Below are positions 38,068-48,722 of a DNA stretch of 54,245 bases, piece by piece. The notes under the pieces were generated by a model that was not told where the DNA came from, searched no databases, and saw only the letters and a list, made by a program, of their open reading frames with translations. Every line of letters starts with the position of its first letter. The first letter of the stretch is position 1. Source of the stretch: a virus (taxonomy: Duplodnaviria > Caudoviricetes); the IMG/VR virus record IMGVR_UViG_3300046170_000042, positions 1 to 54,245 of that record; one strand, given 5' to 3'. The position numbers and the translations under genes were made by a program.

Positions 38068-38248
38068 AGTTCTTTCTTTGTATCTCCGTATAAGCTAGTC
38101 TTTCTATCTCGTGTCTATTGACACCTATATCTTCTAGTTCTCTATCAGATAGATTGTGTAGTTGACGTATCACATTTCTAGTCTTACGCCAATCTATAAC
38201 ATATCTTATGAACCTTGTCAAGTAATTTTCTAGTGCTAATTTTTTCAT
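38057..38248 (-). CDS. DUF1127 (YjiS-like) small protein
   Basis: WRKTRNVIRQLHNLSDRELEDIGVNRHEI signature; AGGAG RBS. Confidence 0.85.
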   Translation of the reverse strand: MKKLALENYLTRFIRYVIDWRKTRNVIRQLHNLSDRELEDIGVNRHEIERLAYTEIQRKNYEK

Positions 38249-38307
38249 TGTATCTCCTGTTGTATATATGTGTTCTCTTTTGTTTCCTAAATATCCGGGA
38301 ACGTATT

Positions 38308-38469
38308 TCATTTTTCCTCCATCTCATCTATGTGTTTGTTCAGAAGAGAGATGATACCAGCCTCTATGAGCATAGCTTGTGCTTGTGTACACATATTTAG
38401 GTGCATTGTGACTGAACCGTCTTTATTTTCAATCATCTCAACTACTTTGATTTCAATTGCGTCACTCAT
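38308..38469 (-). CDS. 53-aa hypothetical protein (absent from the ORF track)
   Basis: MSDAIEIKVVEMIENKDGSVTMHL...DEMEEK*; overlaps nrdJ stop. Confidence 0.6.
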   Translation of the reverse strand: MSDAIEIKVVEMIENKDGSVTMHLNMCTQAQAMLIEAGIISLLNKHIDEMEEK

Positions 38470-40415
38470 GCCGCAGTCAAATCCACTACTTCACACACTC
38501 CTGCTGAACAAGCTAACTCACGTCCACCTGATGTATTATCTTCTTTCTCAAACTCAGGCAACAAAGACCAGTCAACTGCGTCAGGCATACGTGCAAACAG
38601 TTCAGTGTATTTGTCTTTGTTGATATCCTGATAAGGTGCTTGCTGATATGTATGCTCACTAAATGGTAAGAAGCTAATGCCTGATACCTCATCAAAGTTT
38701 TCATACACCCATGAACCTACTTCCATCCACTCATGCTCTTTCACAGAGATAGTGACAGATGGTTTATGCTCACACCAGTGTCTCTGATATAGTAGCCACA
38801 AGTCAAGCTGTTCAATAGCTGTCATACCTGTACGTGTTACTGCACCAGAGGGTGACTGCATTGGAAAACTAAACACTGTAGTGCTGTCAGGCTTCATTAC
38901 GTCAGGCTCTGCTGGTATACCTTCTGCTACTAAGAACTGTGTTAGTGGGTCTTTGTTATCACCACGTACAGTACGAATGTAGTGTGGGTTGTGCCTAGCA
39001 TGAATGCCTGATGCACTGTCAACAAGCTGTGACACTGTACCACTAGGCTTGACACATGTGATAGCTGTTGACTGTGGAATACCTAGCTGTTCAGCCATAG
39101 CTAGCATTAGTCTCTACTGCTCTGTCACTGCAATGCTTCCAGTGTCTGCACTAATGTTCTTGCCAAGTGTGCGACTGTACCCTGAGCAGAGTCATTGTCC
39201 ATGATACCTGTCAGTGACACACCAAGCAAACGCTCTTCCTCTGTGTTCTTCTTCCATACATTACGCAGAGTATTTGAAGTCAGTCAGTGTAGACTGGAAC
39301 GTACCCAAGATTGTAGCAAGCGTACCTTCTCACGCAGTGTCTGCTGTGTATCACTAGCACGTGCTACTACCTCTGACAGATTACAGAACTGATATGGACG
39401 TAAGATAATTTCACTGCAAGGGATTGCAGCCGAAATCTATGTTCAGTATCACGTCTGCCATTCTTAGCTGCTTGTCTTTGCTGCTTCACGATTGAAGATA
39501 CCACGCTCACCTGACTTACTCTCATACAGTGACACCCACTCACGCATGAATGTACCCATCTCTGGCTTGCCTTTGTAGGCTACAGAGTTATTAGCCAACG
39601 CACGTTGTCCTTCATTCTCCCACCACTGACCTGACTTAGCATGTGCCATCTGGTCATCATTCAAGATTAGACAGGCTGAATAAGTGCAGCTACGGCGTAC
39701 ACCACCGACAACTACAACCTCACCAATCTTACACATGATATCGTGACACTCAATAGGGATATAGTCTACGACCTGCTGCACCCTTGAACTTGCTCAATGA
39801 CAAACTCAAACAGTTCTTCTAGTGGTGCTGGGCCACTGAGCACGACCACCAAATGTCTTTAGTCTTGCACCTGCAGGACGCACCTCTGATACATCCCACT
39901 TGGTATCTGACCAGCGTATAGCAAGAGATAAGTTCACGCAGAGACTTTGACCAACCGGGGCGGCTGTCACCTACTTTGATTACTGTATCTGTGTCGTGCA
40001 TTACCTCATTAACAATTGGCAGCTTTATCCACGTTCTCACGCTCTACAGAGAAGCCTACACCTGTTCCACACATAAGTATGTACATAGTCTCATCAAAGG
40101 CTCTAGGGCTGTCTACAGGCACGTAGGAACAGTTGTATGCACCCACGTGGCAGCGGTCTAGTGCAGGGCCAGCAGTCATCAAGGCTCTCATGCTAGGCAT
40201 GATGTCTTGGTTTCAGTACAGCCTCTTCTAGTTCGCCACGTAAGTTCTTCTGGCATAGCATATCTGCACGTACTAGTACAGATGTTCTTCATGTAGTCAA
40301 AGTAGCGTTCTACTGTCTCACCCCATGTCTCACGGCGTTGTTCATCTTCTTTCCATCGGGCATACCGTGATAGCGCGATGAAGTTTTGGTAGTCTGTTGG
40401 TAGATAATTGTTCAT
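38466..40415 (-). CDS. nrdJ: Class II (B12-dependent) ribonucleotide reductase with multiple frameshifts
   Basis: Fragments: SRYARW...RRETW, MPSMRALMTAG..YNCSY, MCGTGVGFSVE, VVVGGVRRS, NPCSEI, TCVKPSGTVSQL, C-terminal ACSAGVCE. Confidence 0.9.
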
Positions 40416-40420
40416 ATCTG

Positions 40421-40582
40421 TCACTCCGTTATTGTTCTCATTGTTCTAATGTCGGCACCGTTTACATCATAAAAGTATTCACGTATGCCATCCTCTATCT
40501 CCTCCCCAACCTGCCCATCAGCGGGTACGGGGTATTCCTCCTCGTCAATATCCAATGTGATGAACATTTTAACTCTCACCAT
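40421..40582 (-). CDS. 53-aa acidic hypothetical protein (absent from the ORF track)
   Basis: MVRVKMFITLDIDEEEYPVPADGQVGEEIEDGIREYFYDVNGADIRTMRTITE*. Confidence 0.65.
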   Translation of the reverse strand: MVRVKMFITLDIDEEEYPVPADGQVGEEIEDGIREYFYDVNGADIRTMRTITE

Positions 40583-40865
40583 TTGCCATTACCTCTTCAA
40601 TCAACTTATCCAGATACCACTGGGCCTTCTTCAAATCCTCAAGCGGTTTATCTTTGTAGTCAAAACGCCACAGGTACTTGAGGATGTTTCCCTGTAGGTA
40701 GTACTTGAAGCCATCGTTAGTGGCTGCAGAGATAGCATGAATACACTCAATACCTGTTTGATTGTAGTGTGGTGGGCTGTTCACCATGTCCACATTGCCA
40801 TAGGCTTCCTTGCCAGCTTTCTCCGCTTCTTCCATCATCTGTTTCATGTACGCCTCGTGTCTCAT
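40569..40865 (-). CDS. DUF3310 (SaV-like) protein
   Basis: DMVNSPPHY...IECI...GNILKYLWR..YK...EDLKKAQWYL. Confidence 0.88.
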   Translation of the reverse strand: MRHEAYMKQMMEEAEKAGKEAYGNVDMVNSPPHYNQTGIECIHAISAATNDGFKYYLQGNILKYLWRFDYKDKPLEDLKKAQWYLDKLIEEVMANGES

Positions 40866-41211
40866 GCATTACCTCCTGTCTTAGTGTTGAAGTTGAGATG
40901 AACTACGTTACCGTCATACTCTTTCTCTACGCCCATCTCTACCTCTATCTCTTCTAACTTCATCTCATTGTCCTTACATCTCATAACATAATTGATGCAC
41001 TAAGTCTCTAGCTTCTTGTGCTTCCATAATAGGTACAGTAGCAGCACATCATCTTACAAAGTGCATTACCTGACTATAGTCTTCATCATCAAAGGATTAT
41101 CTGCTGGTTATGATATAGATATATCAATCTCTCCTGTCCATTCCCCATCTTCTAGCTTAGAGGTCTGATCAATATAAAATCTTCATTTCATTGGTATATC
41201 TTCATTGTCAT
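40862..41211 (-). pseudogene. Frameshifted hypothetical protein
   Basis: AGGAG RBS and ATG at 41211; coding-like fragments (GEWTGEIDISI, DDEDYSQVMHF) in shifting frames. Confidence 0.45.
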
Positions 41212-41226
41212 TTACTATTCTCCTTT

Positions 41227-41674
41227 TTACTTTGTTCCAGTGAACTTGATAAACTTTGGGTGTTTGTTCTTACCTTTCTCTTTTAGCCAATCCTCTGGTA
41301 TGATGCGGTCATAGTATCTGAAACCATACTTGATACACCACTCTGCATATGTAGACTTAGCACCTTTACGTAGCTTACGTCTGCTGTTCTCAAACACAAA
41401 TCGTATATCTAACTTAGGGTGTTGCTTCTTATTGCAAGATGCTTGCGTCTATCTGCTGCTGTAAACATACCCTTTGTCTCAATGATGATACCGTTATCCA
41501 GCACGAAGTCTGGAGTATAGGTGCGATATGCAAGGTCTTCCCATTCAATCTTGTACTTTTCATACTCATACTTATATCTTTCAGTTCGTCAACGATAGAT
41601 AGAAACCTTGTGTCCCAGACCACTCCTATATCGATACTTCCGTGCGGCACGAAATTGCTTTGGCGTTAGGCCAT
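41227..41674 (-). CDS. T7 endonuclease I-like Holliday junction resolvase, frameshifted
   Basis: YRSGL, YTPDFVLDNGIIIETKG, QHPKLDIRFVF, KGAKSTYAEWC fragments. Confidence 0.85.
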
Positions 41675-42568
41675 TACATTGACGCGTCCTTGAAGAACGT
41701 CCTTGTCCTTATACTCGTCAGCAAGTGACACGTATGCGACAGTCTTAGGTTGCTTGGCTTGTGATGCAACGGCAGATAGTTTCCTGCAGTCGGGCACAGC
41801 CATGTGAACTTGTAACGGCAGAAGCCACACTCAGTACCTAACACGGTGTGCCTGTAGGCTTCACCACGGAATGTCTCAGGCACTGCCTCAAAGCAACGCT
41901 CAAACCTGTTTCTCTTCCATAGTATCGGCCTGTGTCTTTAATCATTGCCAACTCATGCATCAACGGTCAAGTCCTGCCGCTGGCACATACTTGAATTGAC
42001 CGTTGGCTTTATTGACTACCCACCAGCCACCTACATACTTACCAGATGCCTTAGCATAACCAGCTAGTTGCCCTACATAACCAAAGCCATCTCCATCAGC
42101 CAGCGTTTCATATGATTCAAACTTGTTAGTATAGGACCAATTAGATGCTGACTTAACATCATCGACTGCACCATCAACAACAATATCATATGTTCCATTA
42201 ACGGATGCACCATCCAGTTCAAGTGTGACATGTTCAGGTTCTTCATATTGTACTCCTGCTTCTCTCAACAGACCCTTGAATACTGCCTCAACAATATCGC
42301 CAAGCATCATGTTCATTATGAATGTAGTCGGCATCGGCAATGCCGCCTCTGGCTTATTCTTTTCATACCAAAGTTGGCAAGTGGGGCGACCTACGTTTGA
42401 CATCCGTAGTTTAAAGTCGCCCCGCTTTTTACCGCTGCCGAACTGCTTGTGCAGTGCTTCAGCAATGTCGGAAGAGACTTGTTCAATTGTCTCCTCAGAC
42501 ATCTCTGTTTTGCCTTTGACTGCATCCTCCATATATTGATGGAGTGCAAGTTCAGCACGGTGATGCAT
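41674..42568 (-). CDS. PD-(D/E)xK exonuclease, frameshifted C-terminus
   Basis: LRMSNVGRP.CQLW, GTYD...DDVKS, GYVGQLAGY; C-terminal CGFCRYKFTC in another frame. Confidence 0.8.
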
Positions 42569-43466
42569 TACGCTACCTCTTCATCAATTTCAATGTCAAC
42601 CATGTCATCGACAACATCAACATCGTCATCTTCCATTTTGGAGTTAGCCTTCTCTGCCCATGCATTGATAATGTAGTTGTTGTAGTTATCAATCCATGAC
42701 ATGAAGTCACCGAACAATGCCTGATCCTGTTCAGTCAACTCAATGGTATTTGAGACATCCAGCGATGCCACAGGCACAAAGTAGGAGGCACCTGTTGGAA
42801 TCTTACGCTCACTGGTGTTAGCAGTGATTATGTGCTGAATGGGCAAGCGTTGCATCTTTGCCAAAGTAGTGAAGCTGGAACCGATTTCCTTAAAGGCATC
42901 ACGGTTATCAATCTCCCAGATGAACGGGGTAGGTGCTACTTCAACAGGCTCACCGTTCTCATTCGTTGGGTTAATCAACTCAACTCCACCTCACCAAAGA
43001 CAACACGTACACGCTTGATCTGCTTGAGCAGGTCTTGCTGTGACTGCGGGAGTGCTTTGAAGTCTTTGATGTATCCTGCGGGTTTACCACAGTTGAACCC
43101 ACCGTCATTGTCCTTGAGGTCAATGTCCAGTGTGTCAGCCATCACGCTCTTCACGTAACGATTAGGGTTCTTTACATCACCCTGCACGAAACGCTTGTGC
43201 ATGAAGCGTTGCATGAAAGGACGCATCTTGATAGCGGTAGCGTAATGTGTAGGTCCGTCAGGAATCTCTAGCTTATATGCGCCGCCTTCTACCACTTCTA
43301 CGTTCACCTTCTTGCCGTTAACTTCAGCCGTACCCATGATGGGTGAATGGCTAATGCGTAGACGTGCAAGTGAACTAGAAGAAGATGAAGTCTTCTCATG
43401 TGCTATGCCCATAGCTTTCGCCATAGCGGCATAGTTGTTCGTATCTACTGTTGTCAATTGTGTCAT
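42568..43466 (-). CDS. Probable ssDNA-binding / recombination protein, split by a frameshift at ~42975
   Basis: Two ORFs join as VVFGEVELINPTNE if the GAGTT duplication is removed; acidic C-terminal tail; lies between pol and exonuclease. Confidence 0.6.
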
Positions 43467-43505
43467 ACATTTCTCCTTTCTTCAGAGTTTAGAACCGTAG
43501 TTATA

Positions 43506-45548
43506 TCACGCTACGTCTTTAGTGTCAAGCCAATTTGATCCTATTTTTGACTCAAGTAAGAGAGGAACATTGAAGTCAATGCCCCATCTCAATGTAATCA
43601 AATTAGGCAGTTCTTTGTTAGTCAAGTCAATTATATCTAGCACCTTCCTTTCTTCATCTGGGTGTACATCTATGACAATAGAATCATGTACTGTGTTTAC
43701 TACACACGACTGCATGTTGTCAAGCAGGTTATCAATATGTAATAGGGCAATTGGTACAATATCAGCCGTAGCAAAAGACTGTACCGGGTAGTTTTTTATC
43801 TGTGTAAAGTATGAAACACGGCCATTTGCTTTACGTACAACATCGGGGAATGAAAACTCACGTCCAGATGGGGTTACTATTTTCTGTGTTGTGATAGCTT
43901 CCGTAGCCAACTTGGAATGCCAAGTGGCAACCCCCGTGTACTTGTCGTTGAAGTGTTCGTAGTAGGCTGCTTCTGCTGCCGTCCTTCCGAACCCAGTGGC
44001 CCCGTAGAGTGGCGCAAATGTATGCGCTTTTGCATCCTGTCTACTCGTAGGCTGACCAGCATTGGTAATAACTTCAGCGGTGTATGCATGTACATCAAAT
44101 CCAGTAGAAACTTCTTCAATTGCAACTCCATCCTGTGATAAGTATGCGGCAGCACGAAACTCTAGCTGTGCAAAGTCAGCCTCAAGTATCTTACCACCAT
44201 CCCATCGTGACACAAATACCTTCTTTACAGGAAACGTGCCGCCACGTGGCATGTTCTGCATATTTGGATTAGCACCAGACAGACGACCTGTCGCAGTGCG
44301 ATGTTGTAGTAGGCTGACATGCAGCATACCATCTTGCTTGGTGTAGTTCTTGATGCCATCAACAAACGATGACAGGTAAGTGTCAACAGCACTAAGCCGC
44401 TTAACCTTTGCCAAGAACTCAACTGCATCTTCCATACCTTTTGACTTAGCACCTGCCTCAAGCAATTGCAAGTTGTTCTTGCTGGTTGAGAAGCCATTAG
44501 CACTTGCCCACTTTGGTGTAGGTGGTTTGAATTTAAGTCCTGCTCTTTCACTTGTGTTCTTGAATAAGAACCCTTTGGTGTCACAGATTTGACATTTGTT
44601 TTTTCGTGCGTAGGGTTTACCATCTTTCTTAAACTTTTGAACATATCCTTCTCCTCTGCATTCATCACATTGTTCTGCTTTTGTTTTATACAAAACAGAA
44701 GTGTGGCTCTGTACTAAATTTCGGAATAAACTTTGCTCCATGTAATTGTCAATACAATTAGCCCACTCTGTTTTATCAATAACTTTCCTACCATATATAA
44801 CCCAAGACAACTGCTCTGGACTATTGAGATTGATAGGAGTGTCACCCATTAATTTATTTACATGTATACTTAGTTTTGATTCTAGTTCTAATTTCTCCTT
44901 TTCAAATTCTTTCTTAACTTCATCTAACTTGTATAGGTCTACCTTGAATCCTCTATGATATATCTTAGCTAATGACACTGCTACTTTATTAGTAAGAATA
45001 GCAGTAGACATTAGACTAGCATCTTTATGTGTATTCAATCTAGTGTATAGCCTATCTGATAATTGTTGAGTGGCATGTAAGTCTGACGACAGATACATAG
45101 ACAATTCAACTAATGGTATATCACGAGTAGTGTAACCTTTAGCAAAGTATTGTTTCAATGTATCTTGTTTCTTAGTATCTAATTCATACCTATTTGCACA
45201 AGCCTCTAGTGATAGAGGTTCTTTTATTCCTCTCTGTAAGACGTACTCAACAAGCATTGTATCAAACACTGCACCGTCATACTTGAAGCCCGACTCCCAC
45301 AACCAAACTAAATCATAGGCAATGTTATGTCCTATTAATATAGTAGCTTTGTCTAACCATTCTTGCACTTGCTCATGCCCATTAGGTGTTGGCATAACCT
45401 CACTGTGGTCAAATGTAATGCGTCTTTCTAAACCTGTATCTGTTAACATACCAACCATAGTTAAAGAATTAGTAGGCTCAAATGGGTCAAGATGTAACTT
45501 ACCATTTCTTTTTGTTGTTGTGTTCTCTACGTCTAGTGTTAGTTTCAT
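43506..45548 (-). CDS. polA: Family A DNA polymerase with 3'-5' exonuclease and DnaJ-like Zn-finger insert
   Basis: LDVE exo I, GHNIAYD, TATGRLS, ADFAQLEFR, KAHTFAPLYG (Phe at the E. coli 762-equivalent), NYPVQS, VHDS. Confidence 0.95.
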   Translation of the reverse strand: MKLTLDVENTTTKRNGKLHLDPFEPTNSLTMVGMLTDTGLERRITFDHSEVMPTPNGHEQVQEWLDKATILIGHNIAYDLVWLWESGFKYDGAVFDTMLVEYVLQRGIKEPLSLEACANRYELDTKKQDTLKQYFAKGYTTRDIPLVELSMYLSSDLHATQQLSDRLYTRLNTHKDASLMSTAILTNKVAVSLAKIYHRGFKVDLYKLDEVKKEFEKEKLELESKLSIHVNKLMGDTPINLNSPEQLSWVIYGRKVIDKTEWANCIDNYMEQSLFRNLVQSHTSVLYKTKAEQCDECRGEGYVQKFKKDGKPYARKNKCQICDTKGFLFKNTSERAGLKFKPPTPKWASANGFSTSKNNLQLLEAGAKSKGMEDAVEFLAKVKRLSAVDTYLSSFVDGIKNYTKQDGMLHVSLLQHRTATGRLSGANPNMQNMPRGGTFPVKKVFVSRWDGGKILEADFAQLEFRAAAYLSQDGVAIEEVSTGFDVHAYTAEVITNAGQPTSRQDAKAHTFAPLYGATGFGRTAAEAAYYEHFNDKYTGVATWHSKLATEAITTQKIVTPSGREFSFPDVVRKANGRVSYFTQIKNYPVQSFATADIVPIALLHIDNLLDNMQSCVVNTVHDSIVIDVHPDEERKVLDIIDLTNKELPNLITLRWGIDFNVPLLLESKIGSNWLDTKDVA

Positions 45549-46771
45549 GCTGTATACCTCGCTGTCTGATATTCTAGCTGACATGTTACATCACCATGCC
45601 ATCCTGTCAACTTATTTTTTACCACGTTCAGATGGCGTTCAATATCCTCTTCTTCCTGACCCTGCAGAGGTGGGTTCTTGGCGATCAGTATCATTAGGTC
45701 AGCCTCTGCTGCCTTTACCTGTCCTACTACCTTCCATCATGCTCTGATTCAGTATGACCTTACCTTCTGCCTCTGCAGATAGCTGAGACATGTAAAATAC
45801 AGCGCAGCTCATGCTGCTTGGCAATCATACGTGCAGTGTACTGCATTAGCCTTCAAAGCCTCGTCAGGTCTTGCAAAGCCACCTGTCTTGGCAAACTTGT
45901 CACCCATGTCCAGAAGCACCAGATCAGGCTTGTACGCCTTACATATAGACTCCACCCACGCCATGTCACGACCTGTAGCATCCTTGATCTTGATACGTTC
46001 TTTGACAGGTGCATACAAGTCACGTGCCTTGCTTGGGTTCTTCTTGATTTCCTGCATAGTCATACCAGTAGCGGCAGTCAGGTATCTAGCACCGACACGG
46101 TGATAGCCTTCCTCGTTACACAAGATAATGCAGTTAGCACCCTGATGTGCAAAGCCGCCGGGCGATGCAATCAGTGAGGCATGAAATGATGTCTTACCTG
46201 TGTTGGGTCTAGCACCCACCTCAATCAAGTGACCAGCGTTCACACCTTCCACCTTACGTGTCAGGCTGGGGATATTGAATGTCCATCGTGCCTCAAGGTC
46301 ATTACGTGCAAGCAATGTCTCAAGTTCGATGTCATCCCACTCAACCTTGGCACTAGGTGTAAAGTCATCACCATACTGCTCAAGTATCTGACGCAGTGGG
46401 TCAAGGCTAGTCTGCATACCATCCACGTAGTCACATCCTAGTGTGGCAATCTCTTCGCCAATGACCTTCTGGAACAGCTTGGATAGCACCTCTTGTGCTA
46501 CGTCACTGCCCATCGGCTGTTCACGTTTGATGTTGTTGAACAGGGATGAATAGGCTTGCTTCTGTGCAGTAGTCAGCGTTGGATTGTTTGCCATGAACAA
46601 CGCCTCAATTTCATCGGGTGTCACAGTACGTTCATATCGTTCCATAGCACTGTCGATAGACTGCTTTATTTTACGTACATCTTTACTGAACAAGCGGTCA
46701 GGACAACGTGCGCCACGATGCTCCTCGTAAAACTCCCTGTTCATTAGGCTTCTGATTAGTGATAATTCCAT
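45545..46771 (-). CDS. SF4 (DnaB-like) replicative helicase, frameshifted near C-terminus
   Basis: GARPNTGKTS Walker A, NEE, LLDMGDK; SQLSAEAEG and KAAEAD fragments beyond 45809. Confidence 0.9.
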
Positions 46772-46775
46772 GTGG

Positions 46776-47543
46776 TTATTCTCCTATCTGTTTGTGGATA
46801 GCATCTAGCTTATCCATGTCTGTCGGGTTTCTGTATTTTATATCATCTTGCAACTTTAGCAACCGTACATTTTCTACGTAGCCTCTCAGTTCTTTTACCA
46901 TCTGTATTGATTTTACTAGCGCATCGGGGTCTAGTGCAATCACTGCCGTTGAGAACTGTGCAAGATACCTTTTATGCGAATCTTGGAGAGATGTACCAAG
47001 AAGCGCAACCCCGACAAAGGAACCATAACCAACAATGGCCGCACTCACACAGTCCTCAACAACTACGGCGACTTTACCACAACCTGACGTGTATGGCAAG
47101 CCACTTTTTCCATATCTTTTCCATTTAGGAATACGTTTACTCAATGTCCTGCCTGTTGCATCAACTAACTTGCCATCATGTACGACAGGGAATACCACGC
47201 GGTCTTCCTTTACATCATACATCAGGGCATGTTCATCCTCATTGATACCCCACTCAGCGCACCACTTAACAACGGCACGTTTATTACGATGTGGGACTAC
47301 GTATGCAGGTAACTCAAATGTATCCTCTGTTGTATCAGTAACAGGGTTAAGGCGTTTCTGTACGTCACTGATAGACAATGGCACACGAGTACCACCACTG
47401 ACAGTACAACTCACCTTGTAGCAGTTCCATACAAGATTACCCATATCATTAGTGATACTAAATGTTCTGTCACCCTTACAGACAGGACAGTTCATGCGTT
47501 TAGTCTCGCCATTGGCAACATCATAGTCACTTGGATTAATCAT
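46776..47543 (-). CDS. DNA primase (Zn finger + TOPRIM)
   Basis: CPVC...WNCYKVSC; VVVEDCVSA; ALDPDA. Confidence 0.88.
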   Translation of the reverse strand: MINPSDYDVANGETKRMNCPVCKGDRTFSITNDMGNLVWNCYKVSCTVSGGTRVPLSISDVQKRLNPVTDTTEDTFELPAYVVPHRNKRAVVKWCAEWGINEDEHALMYDVKEDRVVFPVVHDGKLVDATGRTLSKRIPKWKRYGKSGLPYTSGCGKVAVVVEDCVSAAIVGYGSFVGVALLGTSLQDSHKRYLAQFSTAVIALDPDALVKSIQMVKELRGYVENVRLLKLQDDIKYRNPTDMDKLDAIHKQIGE

Positions 47544-47624
47544 ATACGTGTCCTTTCTATATACAGTTATATATTATTATAGTTATATAATATATTAGTT
47601 CCCTGCGGCAGTTTAGTGCTTATA

Positions 47625-48722
47625 TCATGTATTCTTACGTGCTGTCAAGGCATTATTTGCACTGACATATGTATTTTTTAGGTACGGCTTTACTGATTGT
47701 GGGTCAGCATGTCCTGTAACCGACATGATTTGTCCTATACCTACCTCTGCATCAACCATTTCAGTCACACCTGTACGCCTTAGATCAGATAAGCGTAGTT
47801 CCTTAGATAATCCAGCGTCATCCATCAGCTTACGTGCATGTAATGGTAATTTATACATCGTGTATGGTTCATACACACCCCTGTATGCTGTAGGTCTAGG
47901 TGCAACGTAAGGTTGAAAGCCAAAGTCTTGCTCCTGTTGTACTAACATATCATACAGGTCATCATCAATGGGTAGTTCTACCTGTGCATCACGCTTAGAT
48001 TGTAAAATAATTACACGCTTCTTCTCAAAGTCAATAGCATCCCAAGTTAATACACGCATATCACCTACACGCTGACACCATTCGTATGTCATTTGAAATA
48101 TCAATCCCACATTTCTGTACTCAAAATCTGAGTATGCAATGTCAAGAAACTTAGTTATATTTTCTTTTGTCCAAACAATTTTTCTCTGTTGTGGTGTCTC
48201 CTTCTTAATGCGTGAGAAGGGATTCACCTCACAATACCCTGTATTTATTGCATAATTATACACCATACTCATAGCACTACATATATGGTTAGCCATGTGT
48301 ACACCTCGCGTTAACCACTCTTGGTATGCACGATTAGCAGTTACAGCAGAGATATCTTTTACATCTATCTTCGACAACTGACGATTGTTTATACAAGTAG
48401 ATAAAGCTGTATCAATAAATTGCTTGTACTGTAACTGCGTTTTAGGTTTCAACTTAATGAAGTAATAAGATTGATAGTACACCGCTACTACTTGACGCAT
48501 AGTTCTTGGTACATTTTGTTTTGCTTGTCTCTCCATTTCTTGATGTTCAGATATAATATTGTTTAGTTCTTTGGCACGAGCAAAGGCAGGTTTGCCCATG
48601 CTACCTAAACTCTCACGCTCCACTAAACCTAACTCAATATATTTTTGAGGTGGGTTAAAGCGATAGAACCTAGTGCCATCAGCATATTTCTGTGCTTGTG
48701 TATATCTAGGTAAGTTTGTCAT
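47625..48722 (-). CDS. int: Tyrosine recombinase / integrase
   Basis: CQRVGDM (R), QSKR (K), DLRRT, TGH, PYL catalytic residues. Confidence 0.9.
   Translation of the reverse strand: MTNLPRYTQAQKYADGTRFYRFNPPQKYIELGLVERESLGSMGKPAFARAKELNNIISEHQEMERQAKQNVPRTMRQVVAVYYQSYYFIKLKPKTQLQYKQFIDTALSTCINNRQLSKIDVKDISAVTANRAYQEWLTRGVHMANHICSAMSMVYNYAINTGYCEVNPFSRIKKETPQQRKIVWTKENITKFLDIAYSDFEYRNVGLIFQMTYEWCQRVGDMRVLTWDAIDFEKKRVIILQSKRDAQVELPIDDDLYDMLVQQEQDFGFQPYVAPRPTAYRGVYEPYTMYKLPLHARKLMDDAGLSKELRLSDLRRTGVTEMVDAEVGIGQIMSVTGHADPQSVKPYLKNTYVSANNALTARKNT

Noticed and set aside
39100-41960. Apparent mass pseudogenisation of nrdJ, endonuclease and exonuclease
   Set aside because: Dense 1-nt indels confined to one block while catalytic motifs stay intact; typical of low-coverage long-read consensus error. 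Read-level data would be needed to claim real decay.
42965-42990. Two separate genes at 42568-42978 and 42975-43466
   Set aside because: A GAGTT duplication explains the break; more likely one gene with an assembly artefact
45590-45840. Truncated helicase
   Set aside because: The remaining helicase motifs continue in other frames to 45545; indel errors
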